From positions 1 through 64,000 of the IMG/VR virus record IMGVR_UViG_3300042894_007649: 64,000 nt of DNA. One strand, written 5' to 3'. Positions 9,429 through 17,836 of this stretch are shown here, one piece after another. The number at the start of each line of letters is the position of its first letter. Within the stretch, counting starts at the first letter, position 1. Made by a program: the position numbers and the translations under genes. The stretch comes from a virus. Under the pieces are notes generated by a model that saw only the letters and a program-made list of their open reading frames with translations, made no database searches and was not told where the DNA came from.

Positions 9429-9737
9429 ATGAAAAATTTCATCAATCTTACCCCACACACCATTAACCTGACCAATGGGGCCGCTTATGCGGCCTCTGGT
9501 CAGGTCGCAAGGGTGTCAAGCACCCACACACCATTCGATGCGGATGGTGTGGCGAGCATTCAATGGGGGGAGGTGACAGGCCTCCCCGCCCCACAAGATG
9601 GGGTGATCTACATTGTCAGTGCCTTGGTAGCGCAAGCTGCCAAGAGATCGGATGTAGTATCTCCTGCAACTGGGCACCCCGCATGTGTGCGGGAAAATGG
9701 ACAGATACAATCTGTCCCCGGATTCGTCCGTTCATAA
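9429..9737 (+). CDS. cassette ORF, NLTPH-motif phage protein
   Basis: Start reassigned to 9429; INLTPHTI...GLPAPQDGVIYIVS.LV motif. Confidence 0.8.
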   Translation: MKNFINLTPHTINLTNGAAYAASGQVARVSSTHTPFDADGVASIQWGEVTGLPAPQDGVIYIVSALVAQAAKRSDVVSPATGHPACVRENGQIQSVPGFVRS

Positions 9738-9926
9738 AAAGCAACTAGATAGCAGGACATTATGTCCTGCTATCTTTTTTTATACCTGTTATTCTTCAAG
9801 TCTTGTACTATAAGTACATCCTAAATAAGTAAAACAAAATAAAACTTATAGCTTCGTTCGGCTCACTACGATAGGTAAATGTAGGGGGGACAAGTGATCC
9901 CCCCTACTTCAATGGAGGATGCGAAA

Positions 9927-10043
9927 ATGATTGCTATCATTATGTTGATCGGTATAGGTTGGTACTCTGGCTGGCGTATAATAAAGGAAGATTGGTCATG
10001 GCAATCTATATCTAGCACCGTTGATATCAATGAACGGTACTGA
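9927..10043 (+). CDS. cassette ORF, 38-aa membrane peptide
   Basis: GGAGG SD; MIAIIMLIGIGWYSGW... Confidence 0.6.
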   Translation: MIAIIMLIGIGWYSGWRIIKEDWSWQSISSTVDINERY

Positions 10044-10147
10044 TAAGAAAATATCAGTACCAATTACTTATAACCTCGGTCGTCGCTGTACGATAGGTAA
10101 CTGTAGGGGGGACGAGTGATCCCCCCTACTTAAAAGGAGTATGCGCT

Positions 10148-10240
10148 ATGAACATTAATGATTGGCTTCTGATTCTGACGGTAGTGCTTTCAGTTGGCGT
10201 CTCAATCGAGACTCTTGGTATCTGGTGGCACGGTAACTAA
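10148..10240 (+). CDS. cassette ORF, 30-aa membrane peptide
   Basis: AAGGAG SD; MNINDWLLILTVVLSVGVSIETLGIWWHGN. Confidence 0.6.
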   Translation: MNINDWLLILTVVLSVGVSIETLGIWWHGN

Positions 10241-10259
10241 CTATAAGGAAGGAGCTATC

Positions 10260-10445
10260 ATGAAGATCAATGTTGATATTGAAACAGTAATGTCTGCTAT
10301 CGAAGATGGCGACATGATAGGATTCTGTATAGCTTGTGGGGAGGAAGCATCTGGTTGCGAGCCAGATGCTCGCAAGTATACCTGTGAGTCATGCGGAGCT
10401 AAGAAAGTGTACGGTGCGGAAGAGATACTTATGATGATTGCATAA
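10260..10445 (+). CDS. zinc-ribbon protein
   Basis: Start reassigned to 10260; CIACG...CEPDA...CESCG; terminator at 10453-10483. Confidence 0.8.
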   Translation: MKINVDIETVMSAIEDGDMIGFCIACGEEASGCEPDARKYTCESCGAKKVYGAEEILMMIA

Positions 10446-10477
10446 AGATATATAGCCATCCTTTCGGGGATGGCTAT

Positions 10478-10890
10478 TTTTTTATGTCTATATAAAATAG
10501 ATATAAAAATATATCAAAAGATATTATTTAAAAAATATTTTTACAAAGATATAAATTAAAAAATTATTATTGAAAAAGATAAAAAAGTATAGCTACCCCC
10601 CCCTGCCGTCCCCTGCTATGACGGTCGCCTTTTTATTTAACTGTTACTTTTTTATTTTTACAGGGATTGATTGCATTGAATTTTAACTTTTTGCAAAAAT
10701 TTCTTCTGGACAATTTTGGATATATGCGAGAAAAGTTTGGAATCTTATAATTAGTGGATTTTAAAAAAAGTGGCGGGTGAAAAATCTGATTTGGTGGGTT
10801 TACATTTTAATTATTATTTGCCATATTTGTAAAAAATTTAGTTTTATTTAATTGATAATATATAAAAATATCTGATTGATTAAGAGGAAT
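10478..10890. other. AT-rich non-coding region at skew inversion (candidate replication origin or genome junction)
   Basis: ~110-bp very AT-rich tract, then a C-rich island; the + strand changes from A/C-rich to G/T-rich regardless of gene strand (judged by eye). Confidence 0.45.
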
Positions 10891-10892
10891 TT

Positions 10893-11582
10893 ATGTTAAC
10901 ATTTTTTGAATATGTTATGAATAGAGATTTTTATGAATCTGTAGATCCAGACGATGCTCAGAGGCGTTTTGAGTGTGATAGGAATTTGCAGGATTTATTT
11001 TTATGGTATTCTGGCAATTTGGGTAAGAAGGGAGAGTTTTATGAGAGATTGGACAAGAATATAAGAGATTGTTTTAGTAATAGTCTTTTGTTATATCAGC
11101 GTAGAATGGTTAGAAGAAACATTGTTGATGAAGAGGACGTTATCAACAGGACATTGATGAGGGTTCATGATACGGTTGAAGAAAAAATAAGAAATAGAAA
11201 ATTGAATTACAACACAATTGGTGGTTTGATTACAACAATGATTAGAGCATCTGTTGTGGACATTATGAGGCGTAATAATTTGAAGAGGGAGAAAGGGAAT
11301 GTGCGTTTTAGCACAGTTGGTACTGTTCATGAGCCGAGGTCATTAGCTGGAGATCCATCGTTTGAAAAGATAGGATTAGAGGATGCTTTAAGTGTTCCGA
11401 GTTTGAGTCCGAGGCAGAAGATTATTTTGACTCGCAGGTCTGAGGGTGCAAAGAATCAAGATATTGCTAAAGAATTGAATATCAGGCCTCCTTATACAAC
11501 GATGCTTTACAATGATGCGAAGGATAAGATTAAAAAGCATTATGGTATAGGTTCTTATTCCTCAGGTTTTTCAGAAGATTAA
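10893..11582 (+). CDS. sigma70-family (ECF/group 3-like) sigma factor
   Basis: Region 2-like EEDVIN..L.RV...LITTMIRASVVDIMRR and region 4 HTH LSPRQKIIL..RSEG..NQDIAKELNI. Confidence 0.75.
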   Translation: MLTFFEYVMNRDFYESVDPDDAQRRFECDRNLQDLFLWYSGNLGKKGEFYERLDKNIRDCFSNSLLLYQRRMVRRNIVDEEDVINRTLMRVHDTVEEKIRNRKLNYNTIGGLITTMIRASVVDIMRRNNLKREKGNVRFSTVGTVHEPRSLAGDPSFEKIGLEDALSVPSLSPRQKIILTRRSEGAKNQDIAKELNIRPPYTTMLYNDAKDKIKKHYGIGSYSSGFSED

Positions 11583-11607
11583 TAATTGGGTTGATTCTTG
11601 ATTAGTT

Positions 11608-12078
11608 TTACTTATAAATTTTATTCATAAGTTCTTGGTGTTGTGGGCTATTTTCAAAGGAGCCTTGTGAGTAGATTCCTTTTGTGTTTGGTGATTTGTA
11701 TGTTGTTTCGCCATCTTGTGATATCATGGTAGTGCCATGTCCTTGGTACATATCTGGTGATTTTGCTCCAAATTTTGGTTGATCATCGACTGAGCTTGTC
11801 ATTTGTTTTGCGTATTTGTTTGTGAGGTCTTGTGCCATTTGTGGTGTTATGTCTTTTGCGAAGTGTTTGTGATAGATTGGTTCAAACATATCGAAGTTCA
11901 TGATTCCTTTTTGTCCTTGGATTGTGTACATGATTTTCCCATCTGTGTTGAGAAAATATTGTCCAGCATTTGTTTTGGCCCAAGGTGGAAATCCTAATTT
12001 TGAGTAATCTAGTTCATGTTCTTTTCCCAGTTGAATAATTTCTTCTTTATTTTCGACAAATTGTTTAAATGTTTTCAT
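11608..12078 (-). CDS. putative internal virion protein
   Basis: MKTFKQFVE N-terminus; TATAAATA 4 nt upstream. Confidence 0.7.
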   Translation of the reverse strand: MKTFKQFVENKEEIIQLGKEHELDYSKLGFPPWAKTNAGQYFLNTDGKIMYTIQGQKGIMNFDMFEPIYHKHFAKDITPQMAQDLTNKYAKQMTSSVDDQPKFGAKSPDMYQGHGTTMISQDGETTYKSPNTKGIYSQGSFENSPQHQELMNKIYK

Positions 12079-12082
12079 GTTT

Positions 12083-12090
12083 TATTTATA
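12083..12090 (-). promoter_or_regulatory. T4-type late promoter TATAAATA (representative of ~15 boxes)
   Basis: TAAATA 4-6 nt before ATG at 12083, 12495, 13102, 13960, 15280, 15454, 16888, 19092, 22055, 36074 (-) and 22085, 23690, 25082, 28934 (+); TACATA variants at 26829 (-) and 44116 (+). Confidence 0.75.
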
Positions 12091-12106
12091 GTTGAATGGA
12101 TTAATT

Positions 12107-12490
12107 TTATTCTATTTTAAATTGTTCTAGTTCATTTTGGTTAAGCACATATGATTTCATAGTTTGTTGGTTTTGGGAGTGTGCTTTGTATAGTCTATGG
12201 ACACCGTCAGCTATAAAGAGACCGTCTGGGTATTTGACGATGATGATAGGGTATTTGAGATCAGTTTGGTTAGCTCTTTCGATAAATTCTGGATGGTTGG
12301 GCAGTTCTGATCCTGATTCATGTGGGGATGGTTCTAGGTTGTGTAGAAGTTTGGACATTGGTATTTCTTTTATTTTTTTATTTTCTGTTGCGTAGTGGAC
12401 TATTTTTGGAACTGAGTAGGTTCCGTTGTTATCGGAGAAGGTTTGGTCTTCCATTTTGAATGATTCAAGGAATTGTTTGAAGGTGATCAT
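12107..12490 (-). CDS. ParB/Srx-like domain protein with CTS-like N-terminus
   Basis: YPIIIV....FIADGVHRL.KA; MITFKQFLE. Confidence 0.75.
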   Translation of the reverse strand: MITFKQFLESFKMEDQTFSDNNGTYSVPKIVHYATENKKIKEIPMSKLLHNLEPSPHESGSELPNHPEFIERANQTDLKYPIIIVKYPDGLFIADGVHRLYKAHSQNQQTMKSYVLNQNELEQFKIE

Positions 12491-12497
12491 GATTTAT

Positions 12498-13097
12498 TTA
12501 ATCTTCTTGTTGTAGATCTTGTATTGATTGAGGTATAACTTCTTTTCTGAGGTCTATTAGTTCTGTTCCTGTTTTGAAGTTACGAATTGGTTCGTTTAGG
12601 ATAATGATTGTATTATAGTTTTGTTGTTTAGCTGCTGAGGTGATGTAGTAGTCGAATTGATCGAATGATGATGATTTTCTAGTACCTGTGAGGAATGGTT
12701 GTAGTAGTTGGTCTTCTTTTTCTGGTGATCTTTCATTTTTGGGTATATCTGAATAGTAGTTGAGTTTTTTGAGTATAAATTTTTGATTAAATCCTAATAG
12801 GTGTGCTGCGTGGACTTTGGTTTGAGCTATTAGGGATTTTCCGAGTTCGAGTTTATGGTCATTTTCATCTCCTATGAAGTAATATATTCCACGATTTCTT
12901 GGTTTTAAGAACATGCTGAAGTCTTCTGTTCTGTAGACATTTATGAAACCTTGGGAGATGTATTTTCCGATATTTTCTGAATTGAGTTTTTTGGGTATTT
13001 TATTTTCTGCTTCTTTTGATGATATGGTTCCTATTGGTGTTATGTCTCTAGTTTCTGTATAGAGTTCACTTTCTAGGAATAGTTTGAAGGATATCAT
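12498..13097 (-). CDS. putative internal virion protein (possible ART-like fold)
   Basis: MISFKLFLESE; VYR...RGIYYF...YNTII...ELIDL. Confidence 0.6.
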   Translation of the reverse strand: MISFKLFLESELYTETRDITPIGTISSKEAENKIPKKLNSENIGKYISQGFINVYRTEDFSMFLKPRNRGIYYFIGDENDHKLELGKSLIAQTKVHAAHLLGFNQKFILKKLNYYSDIPKNERSPEKEDQLLQPFLTGTRKSSSFDQFDYYITSAAKQQNYNTIIILNEPIRNFKTGTELIDLRKEVIPQSIQDLQQED

Positions 13098-13118
13098 GAT
13101 TTATTTAGAATTATTGGT

Positions 13119-13955
13119 TTATAAATCGGAGAATATTAAGTCGAATGATATTTTTAGTTCTCTGATAAAATCTTGTAGGTTGGATTTATTTTGGTCGAAG
13201 TAGTGCATTTTTCCAAAACCGTATGATTTTTTCTTTCTATTTCTTACGCCGATGATATTATTTGGGAATGATTTCATTTCTGCTTCATCTGGTTTTATTC
13301 CTATTTTTTGCAGGTCTAAATCATTGTTTTTTTCTATTGGTTTTTCTATTGATTTTTCTATTGGTGTTGATTTTTTTATTTTTGAGAAGAATGATTCTAG
13401 TTGGTTGTTATTTTCTCCTCCGTCGATGAATATGTATTTTCCTTTTCCTAGTTCTTTTTGAAGGAATTGAGTTGGGTTCATTCCATTTTCTTGAAATCTT
13501 GAGTCAGCCACTTGTCCATCGACTATGACATATTTTATTTCTTCATGTAATGTTTTTCCGGGTGTTGCGACGATTATGAATAGTCCATCTCTATATGCTG
13601 TTCCGCTTGCTGTTCCTATTCCTGCTCCGAAGCTTTCGTTTCTTCCTTTTAGTAGAGGTGCGCTGTGCATACTTGTTGGTATTTTACCGTCTTCCAAGAA
13701 TTTAATTAATGAGTTAAGTTGAAATGAGCGAGAAATTTTTGAAATTCCATGTGAATCTAGGTTTGGCAAATCCATATTGTCGTATTTTGGCATTAGGTGG
13801 AAAAGTGTATTTCTGTCAGATTGTCTATTATAGTTATTAACAGCTTTGAAAAGTTCTTTTAAGTTATCTGGAATGGAAGAGTTGAAAATATCTTGTCTTA
13901 CATCTTGTTGTGAAGAATTTTCTTGATCTTCTAGGAATTGTTTGAAGGATATCAT
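13119..13955 (-). CDS. putative internal virion protein
   Basis: MISFKQFLED. Confidence 0.65.
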   Translation of the reverse strand: MISFKQFLEDQENSSQQDVRQDIFNSSIPDNLKELFKAVNNYNRQSDRNTLFHLMPKYDNMDLPNLDSHGISKISRSFQLNSLIKFLEDGKIPTSMHSAPLLKGRNESFGAGIGTASGTAYRDGLFIIVATPGKTLHEEIKYVIVDGQVADSRFQENGMNPTQFLQKELGKGKYIFIDGGENNNQLESFFSKIKKSTPIEKSIEKPIEKNNDLDLQKIGIKPDEAEMKSFPNNIIGVRNRKKKSYGFGKMHYFDQNKSNLQDFIRELKISFDLIFSDL

Positions 13956-13958
13956 GAT

Positions 13959-14561
13959 TTATTTATTGTCTAAAATTTTATCTATATTTAGACTCCCTAA
14001 ATCAAACCTTCTTCTAAATCTGTCTCTTTTCATGTTAATATCATATGCAGCACCCGGTGCGTGGCTTTGCATCCAGTCTTTACCACCTTCTTGCATAGCT
14101 TTTTTGAATTCTGGATGTATCTTAAATACGAATTTAACAACAGGATCATTTAGATCAAGTTTATTATTAAAATTACTATCATGGTAATGTTTTTCTTTTA
14201 ATATTTCTAATGCAACACTTGTATTTCTTCTTATAAGGCTATCCATCCAATCCATAAAAACTTTTTCGTCATCTGTCAAATTAGTTTTCATTAAAAGTCC
14301 ATCATATGCTCCATCTTTTAGTTTTTTTATTTCATTATGAGCATCATTGTTATCAGTAATGCCTTGGTCGATTTTTTTTATTATTGACGCAAGTTTTTTT
14401 TGATCTGGACTTTCGGCGGTTGATTTTCCACCAAATCCTGCCAACACGCCCAAAGCTCCCAATCCCAAAAATCCTCTTCTTGACATTTTTGATTGTTCAT
14501 CTCTTATTTCTTCGTAAAGAATAGGATCACGGTTTCTTAAATAGCTTTCAAATTTATTCAT
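13959..14561 (-). CDS. hypothetical protein with internal twin-arginine-like motif
   Basis: MSRRGFLGLGALGVLAG after a 25-aa leader. Confidence 0.65.
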   Translation of the reverse strand: MNKFESYLRNRDPILYEEIRDEQSKMSRRGFLGLGALGVLAGFGGKSTAESPDQKKLASIIKKIDQGITDNNDAHNEIKKLKDGAYDGLLMKTNLTDDEKVFMDWMDSLIRRNTSVALEILKEKHYHDSNFNNKLDLNDPVVKFVFKIHPEFKKAMQEGGKDWMQSHAPGAAYDINMKRDRFRRRFDLGSLNIDKILDNK

Positions 14562-14636
14562 TTTTACCTTTTAACGCATCTAATTAAAACTTATTATTTT
14601 TAAATTTTATCATATTTATGATTACCAATTAAAATT

Positions 14637-15275
14637 TTATGTCTTGGTATCTGGATCGGTGGTTTTTTGATTGAATTCGTAATAGTATTGTTCATCATCT
14701 CCATTGATTATCCATTTTTCAGAAGAACCTTCGCATTGGAATATTTTGTCATCGACTTTATAGTCTGGTTTTTTTGGAAAAGGTTTAGTTGTGAATGACA
14801 TATGTTTCCAATAGATACGATTATTTGGTTGTAATGTATAGAGTCCGTTGTCTAGTTGTATGAGGTGAAGGCACTTGTATTGAGTTGGTTCGTCGCTGTA
14901 TGGATTGTCGTGCCAGTCAAATGTCATCATATATTTGCCCCAAAATTCGCTTGCATCTTTGAAAACGACTTTGGCTCTTGATGCTTTCAAATAATTATAT
15001 GTTATGCACGATGCATTGACAGAAAAGCAGTCCCATAGTTGTAGGAAATCAAGTGGCATTCTAGGTGAGTCTATTTTATGAACAAGCATATGGATTGGAA
15101 CACGGCTTCTGACTATGCCTTCATCTGTCATAACGTGGAAAAGAAGAGCATTGTCAGGATTTGATTGTGCTGCAAAAACCGTGACTTTTACTAATTCGTC
15201 TAAGTGATCCTTGTGTTGGTACATTTGTTCTTTGCGGAGATAGCAATAGAAATGTGGAATGTTTACATTTAGCAT
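14637..15275 (-). CDS. conserved phage hypothetical protein
   Basis: LNVNIP..Y..LRKE, LQLWDCFS and QPNNRI motifs; late box upstream. Confidence 0.75.
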   Translation of the reverse strand: MLNVNIPHFYCYLRKEQMYQHKDHLDELVKVTVFAAQSNPDNALLFHVMTDEGIVRSRVPIHMLVHKIDSPRMPLDFLQLWDCFSVNASCITYNYLKASRAKVVFKDASEFWGKYMMTFDWHDNPYSDEPTQYKCLHLIQLDNGLYTLQPNNRIYWKHMSFTTKPFPKKPDYKVDDKIFQCEGSSEKWIINGDDEQYYYEFNQKTTDPDTKT

Positions 15276-15287
15276 ACTTTATTTAGA

Positions 15288-15449
15288 TCAGCAGTTAAAA
15301 TATTCTTCACAGATTATGTACAAAAAGAATAAGGCTGCAACTGGCATAATGGTGATGAATGATAGGGTGCTGATTAATTCTTGTTGAGAATCAGGCAGTG
15401 CTGGGTTATTTGTGGTGATGTGTTGAATAATGTATATGATTTCTTCCAT
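15288..15449 (-). CDS. 53-aa membrane peptide
   Basis: TAAATA-N4-ATG; C-terminal hydrophobic stretch; not in the ORF track. Confidence 0.55.
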   Translation of the reverse strand: MEEIIYIIQHITTNNPALPDSQQELISTLSFITIMPVAALFFLYIICEEYFNC

Positions 15450-15547
15450 GCATTATTTATTGAAATTTTATTCTTAAAAGTATGAATTCTAGATGAAATT
15501 ATGTTTAAGCAATAAATATAATAATGTGTTAATCAAGGAAATAAAAA

Positions 15548-16375
15548 ATGATAAGTTTTTTTGAGTGGTTGAAATTAAATGAGATGGCATTGGGTCATAC
15601 ATTTAATCCAGAAAAATCAGGTTATTTTAGTGGCAATGACCAAAAAATAGTGGGTCAAATGTTTCCCAAGATTAAAAGCAAGTTGAAATCATTTTTAAAA
15701 AAACTGGATTTTGTAACAATTCACATGTATTTTGGAATTCCTCCTGTTATGGCGTTTGGAGATAGTGGCGAACAATTTGTTAAAAAATTACGCCAATATT
15801 TCTTTGATGGTGAGACTTTTTATGGAAATAATCTTGGTATAAAAATACCTAAAAGTGATATAGTTTTTGTAAAGCAAGGTACTTTTGCTGATTCTTTAAG
15901 TCCTTGGATGATTTTGCATACTTTCGCACATGCTGCAATTGATTCTGTCATAGACGGAACATTTATAAATGTAGATTTTGGTAATTTTCAAAGACCTGCA
16001 TTAGAAAAGGCGGTATGGTCAGCTATTGCGGCAAACCGTAAATTAAAAAATTTAGGAGTGGGAGAAAGTCTGCTTTACATATTTTTCCCTATGGGTTCTT
16101 TAAGAAAATCTATAAAAATGAACAAAGGAGAAAAAGTTCAAAAAGGTTTTGAGCTTAATGATAACGAATTGTTTCGTGAGATGTTTGTTTACTATTTGAC
16201 AAAGGGTGGCAAGATACCTATTCCTAGTGATTATAAAGAGAAACTTGCTGGTTATGGAAAATCAGAAAGTGAAGTTAGCGAAATTTTAGCAAGCATACAA
16301 GAACTTTCTGATGCGTTTAAGAATATTTTAGAAGCTTGCAGAGGAGATGTGCTTACCGACAGTAGATCATACTAA
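15548..16375 (+). CDS. putative internal virion protein, paralog of 16977..17834
   Basis: MISFFEWLKLNE; PWMILHTFAHA (HxxxH without Glu). Confidence 0.75.
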   Translation: MISFFEWLKLNEMALGHTFNPEKSGYFSGNDQKIVGQMFPKIKSKLKSFLKKLDFVTIHMYFGIPPVMAFGDSGEQFVKKLRQYFFDGETFYGNNLGIKIPKSDIVFVKQGTFADSLSPWMILHTFAHAAIDSVIDGTFINVDFGNFQRPALEKAVWSAIAANRKLKNLGVGESLLYIFFPMGSLRKSIKMNKGEKVQKGFELNDNELFREMFVYYLTKGGKIPIPSDYKEKLAGYGKSESEVSEILASIQELSDAFKNILEACRGDVLTDSRSY

Positions 16376-16388
16376 ATATTTATTATTT

Positions 16389-16883
16389 TTACAGAATTGG
16401 GTTTGTTACTTTGTTAATGAAGTCTGAGTACTCGATATCTTGGTTTGGTTCTTTGTTAATTATTTTTATTTGGCTGGGGTTAAACACAAGAACTTCTACC
16501 ATTCTTCCGTATATCATACCTGTTCCTATTCCCAATACGATTACGGAGTCGTAGCCATCGTCTTTGATTTTTTGGGTTAATTCTTTTGCGGCGCTTATTT
16601 CATTTTTTGGGTATCCCTTTATTTCATATTTTTCGGCTAATTCTTCTTTTCCTTTTTCCCATATGAGTGGGTTGTTGAGAGTTACATGGCACTTATATAT
16701 TTTGTGTCCGTAGTATTTGGCGTATCTTGGGTTTGAAGACAAATAAATTCCGTATCCGTAGTATCCGTAATCTGTATTCATTCTTTTGGGATTTTCTTGA
16801 AATTCGTCGAAATCGGCATTTGTGCCGTGATATAGAGTTAGTTCCATTATTGACTCTATTATGAGCCATTGTTTAAATTTCAT
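16389..16883 (-). CDS. ADP-ribosyltransferase-like protein
   Basis: LYHGT...GYGIYLS...A..Y...GYDSVIV...EVLVF; MKFKQWLIIE. Confidence 0.75.
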   Translation of the reverse strand: MKFKQWLIIESIMELTLYHGTNADFDEFQENPKRMNTDYGYYGYGIYLSSNPRYAKYYGHKIYKCHVTLNNPLIWEKGKEELAEKYEIKGYPKNEISAAKELTQKIKDDGYDSVIVLGIGTGMIYGRMVEVLVFNPSQIKIINKEPNQDIEYSDFINKVTNPIL

Positions 16884-16976
16884 GAACTATTTAGTTTTCA
16901 AATTATGTTTTTGTTTTGATAAAATTATTATAAAACAAATGTAAATATAATGATGTTTTGAGTAAAGGATTAAAAA

Positions 16977-17834
16977 ATGAAAAGTTTTCTTGAGTGGCTC
17001 AAATTTAACGAGATGGCATTGGGCAATACATTTGTTCGGAAAGTGAAAAATGCCGATGGAGAGGAAAGAGCCGATATTGGTTTTGGTAAAAATGACGAAA
17101 AAATATTAAATAGAATGTTTCCCAAGATTAAAGAAAAGTTGAAATCATTTTTAAAAGGACTGGATTTCGTTGATATTCACATGTACTTTGGAATGCTTCC
17201 AATTTATGATTGGAATGACACTCCTGAAACTAGGACAGAAAAAGCAAACAAATATTTCTTTGATGGTGAGACTTTTTACGGACATAATCTTGGTGTAAAA
17301 ATACCTAAAAGTGATATAGTTTTTGTAAAGGAATCAACTTTTGCGGATTCTCTTACTCCTTGGATGATGTTGCATACTTTTGCACATGCTGTGTTTGATT
17401 CTGTCGAAAAAGGAACATTTATACATGCTGAGTATCCTAAAAAAATAAGGCCTGAATTGATGAAAGCAGTAAATTCATCCTTGGGTATTATGAGATATTT
17501 GAAAAATAAATTAAGTTCAGAAGAGCTTTACATGTTTTTTCCTATGGGTTCTTTAAGAAAACTTATAGATAAACAGAAGGGGAAAAAAGTTCAAAGTAGA
17601 TTTGATCTTATTGAAGACGAGTTATATCGTGAGATGTTTGTTTATTATTTGACAAAAGGCGGCAAGATACCGACTCCTAGTGGTTACAGAGAGATGTTTA
17701 AGTCTAATAAAAGAATGGACAATGAAATTGATGAAATTTTATTGAAAGTACAAAGTCTTTCTGATCAATTAAGAAATGTTTTAGAGGCTTGTAGAGGTGA
17801 TGTGGTGATTGATACTAGAAGCAACAAGGGATAG
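16977..17834 (+). CDS. putative internal virion protein, paralog of 15548..16375
   Basis: MKSFLEWLKFNE; shared blocks YFFDGETFYG and REMFVYYLTKGGKIP. Confidence 0.75.
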   Translation: MKSFLEWLKFNEMALGNTFVRKVKNADGEERADIGFGKNDEKILNRMFPKIKEKLKSFLKGLDFVDIHMYFGMLPIYDWNDTPETRTEKANKYFFDGETFYGHNLGVKIPKSDIVFVKESTFADSLTPWMMLHTFAHAVFDSVEKGTFIHAEYPKKIRPELMKAVNSSLGIMRYLKNKLSSEELYMFFPMGSLRKLIDKQKGKKVQSRFDLIEDELYREMFVYYLTKGGKIPTPSGYREMFKSNKRMDNEIDEILLKVQSLSDQLRNVLEACRGDVVIDTRSNKG

Positions 17835-17836
17835 TT

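Larger units (their letters stand above)
5896..9809. repeat. dispersed 12-bp core AGTACAAGACTT (19 copies) forming 42-bp palindromes and 27-28-bp-period direct repeats
   Basis: Perfect palindrome TATAGTACAAGACTTGAAGAATTCTTCAAGTCTTGTACTATA at 7754-7795 and 8336-8377. Imperfect pairs at 5896/5920, 7212/7236, 8780/8804 and 9279/9303. Extra half-sites at 5948, 6417, 7263, 7291, 8831, 8859 and 9798. Confidence 0.95.
438..10096 (+). promoter_or_regulatory. family of 14 sigma28/FliA-like promoters, ATA(A/G)(C/G)(T/C/A)TC-N11-NNCGAT(A/T)(A/G)
   Basis: Copies start at 438, 2589, 3107, 4509, 5997, 6481, 7341, 7418, 7831, 8413, 8909, 9353, 9848 and 10070. All have an invariant 11-bp spacer, are intergenic and on the + strand, and all but 7341 lie directly upstream of SD+ORF. 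Geometry matches the FliA consensus TAAAGTTT-N11-GCCGATAA. Confidence 0.8.

Noticed and set aside
7473-10063. Minus-strand ORFs 7473..7763, 7804..7992, 8882..9127 and 9866..10063 sharing peptide blocks (e.g. PPYxYLSYR)
   Set aside because: Antisense translations of the repeated intergenic module; no SD or promoter support.
5691-10147. CRISPR array
   Set aside because: The 20-bp repeats have no spacers. The long modules are separated by 100-500-bp protein-coding inserts, and no cas genes are present.
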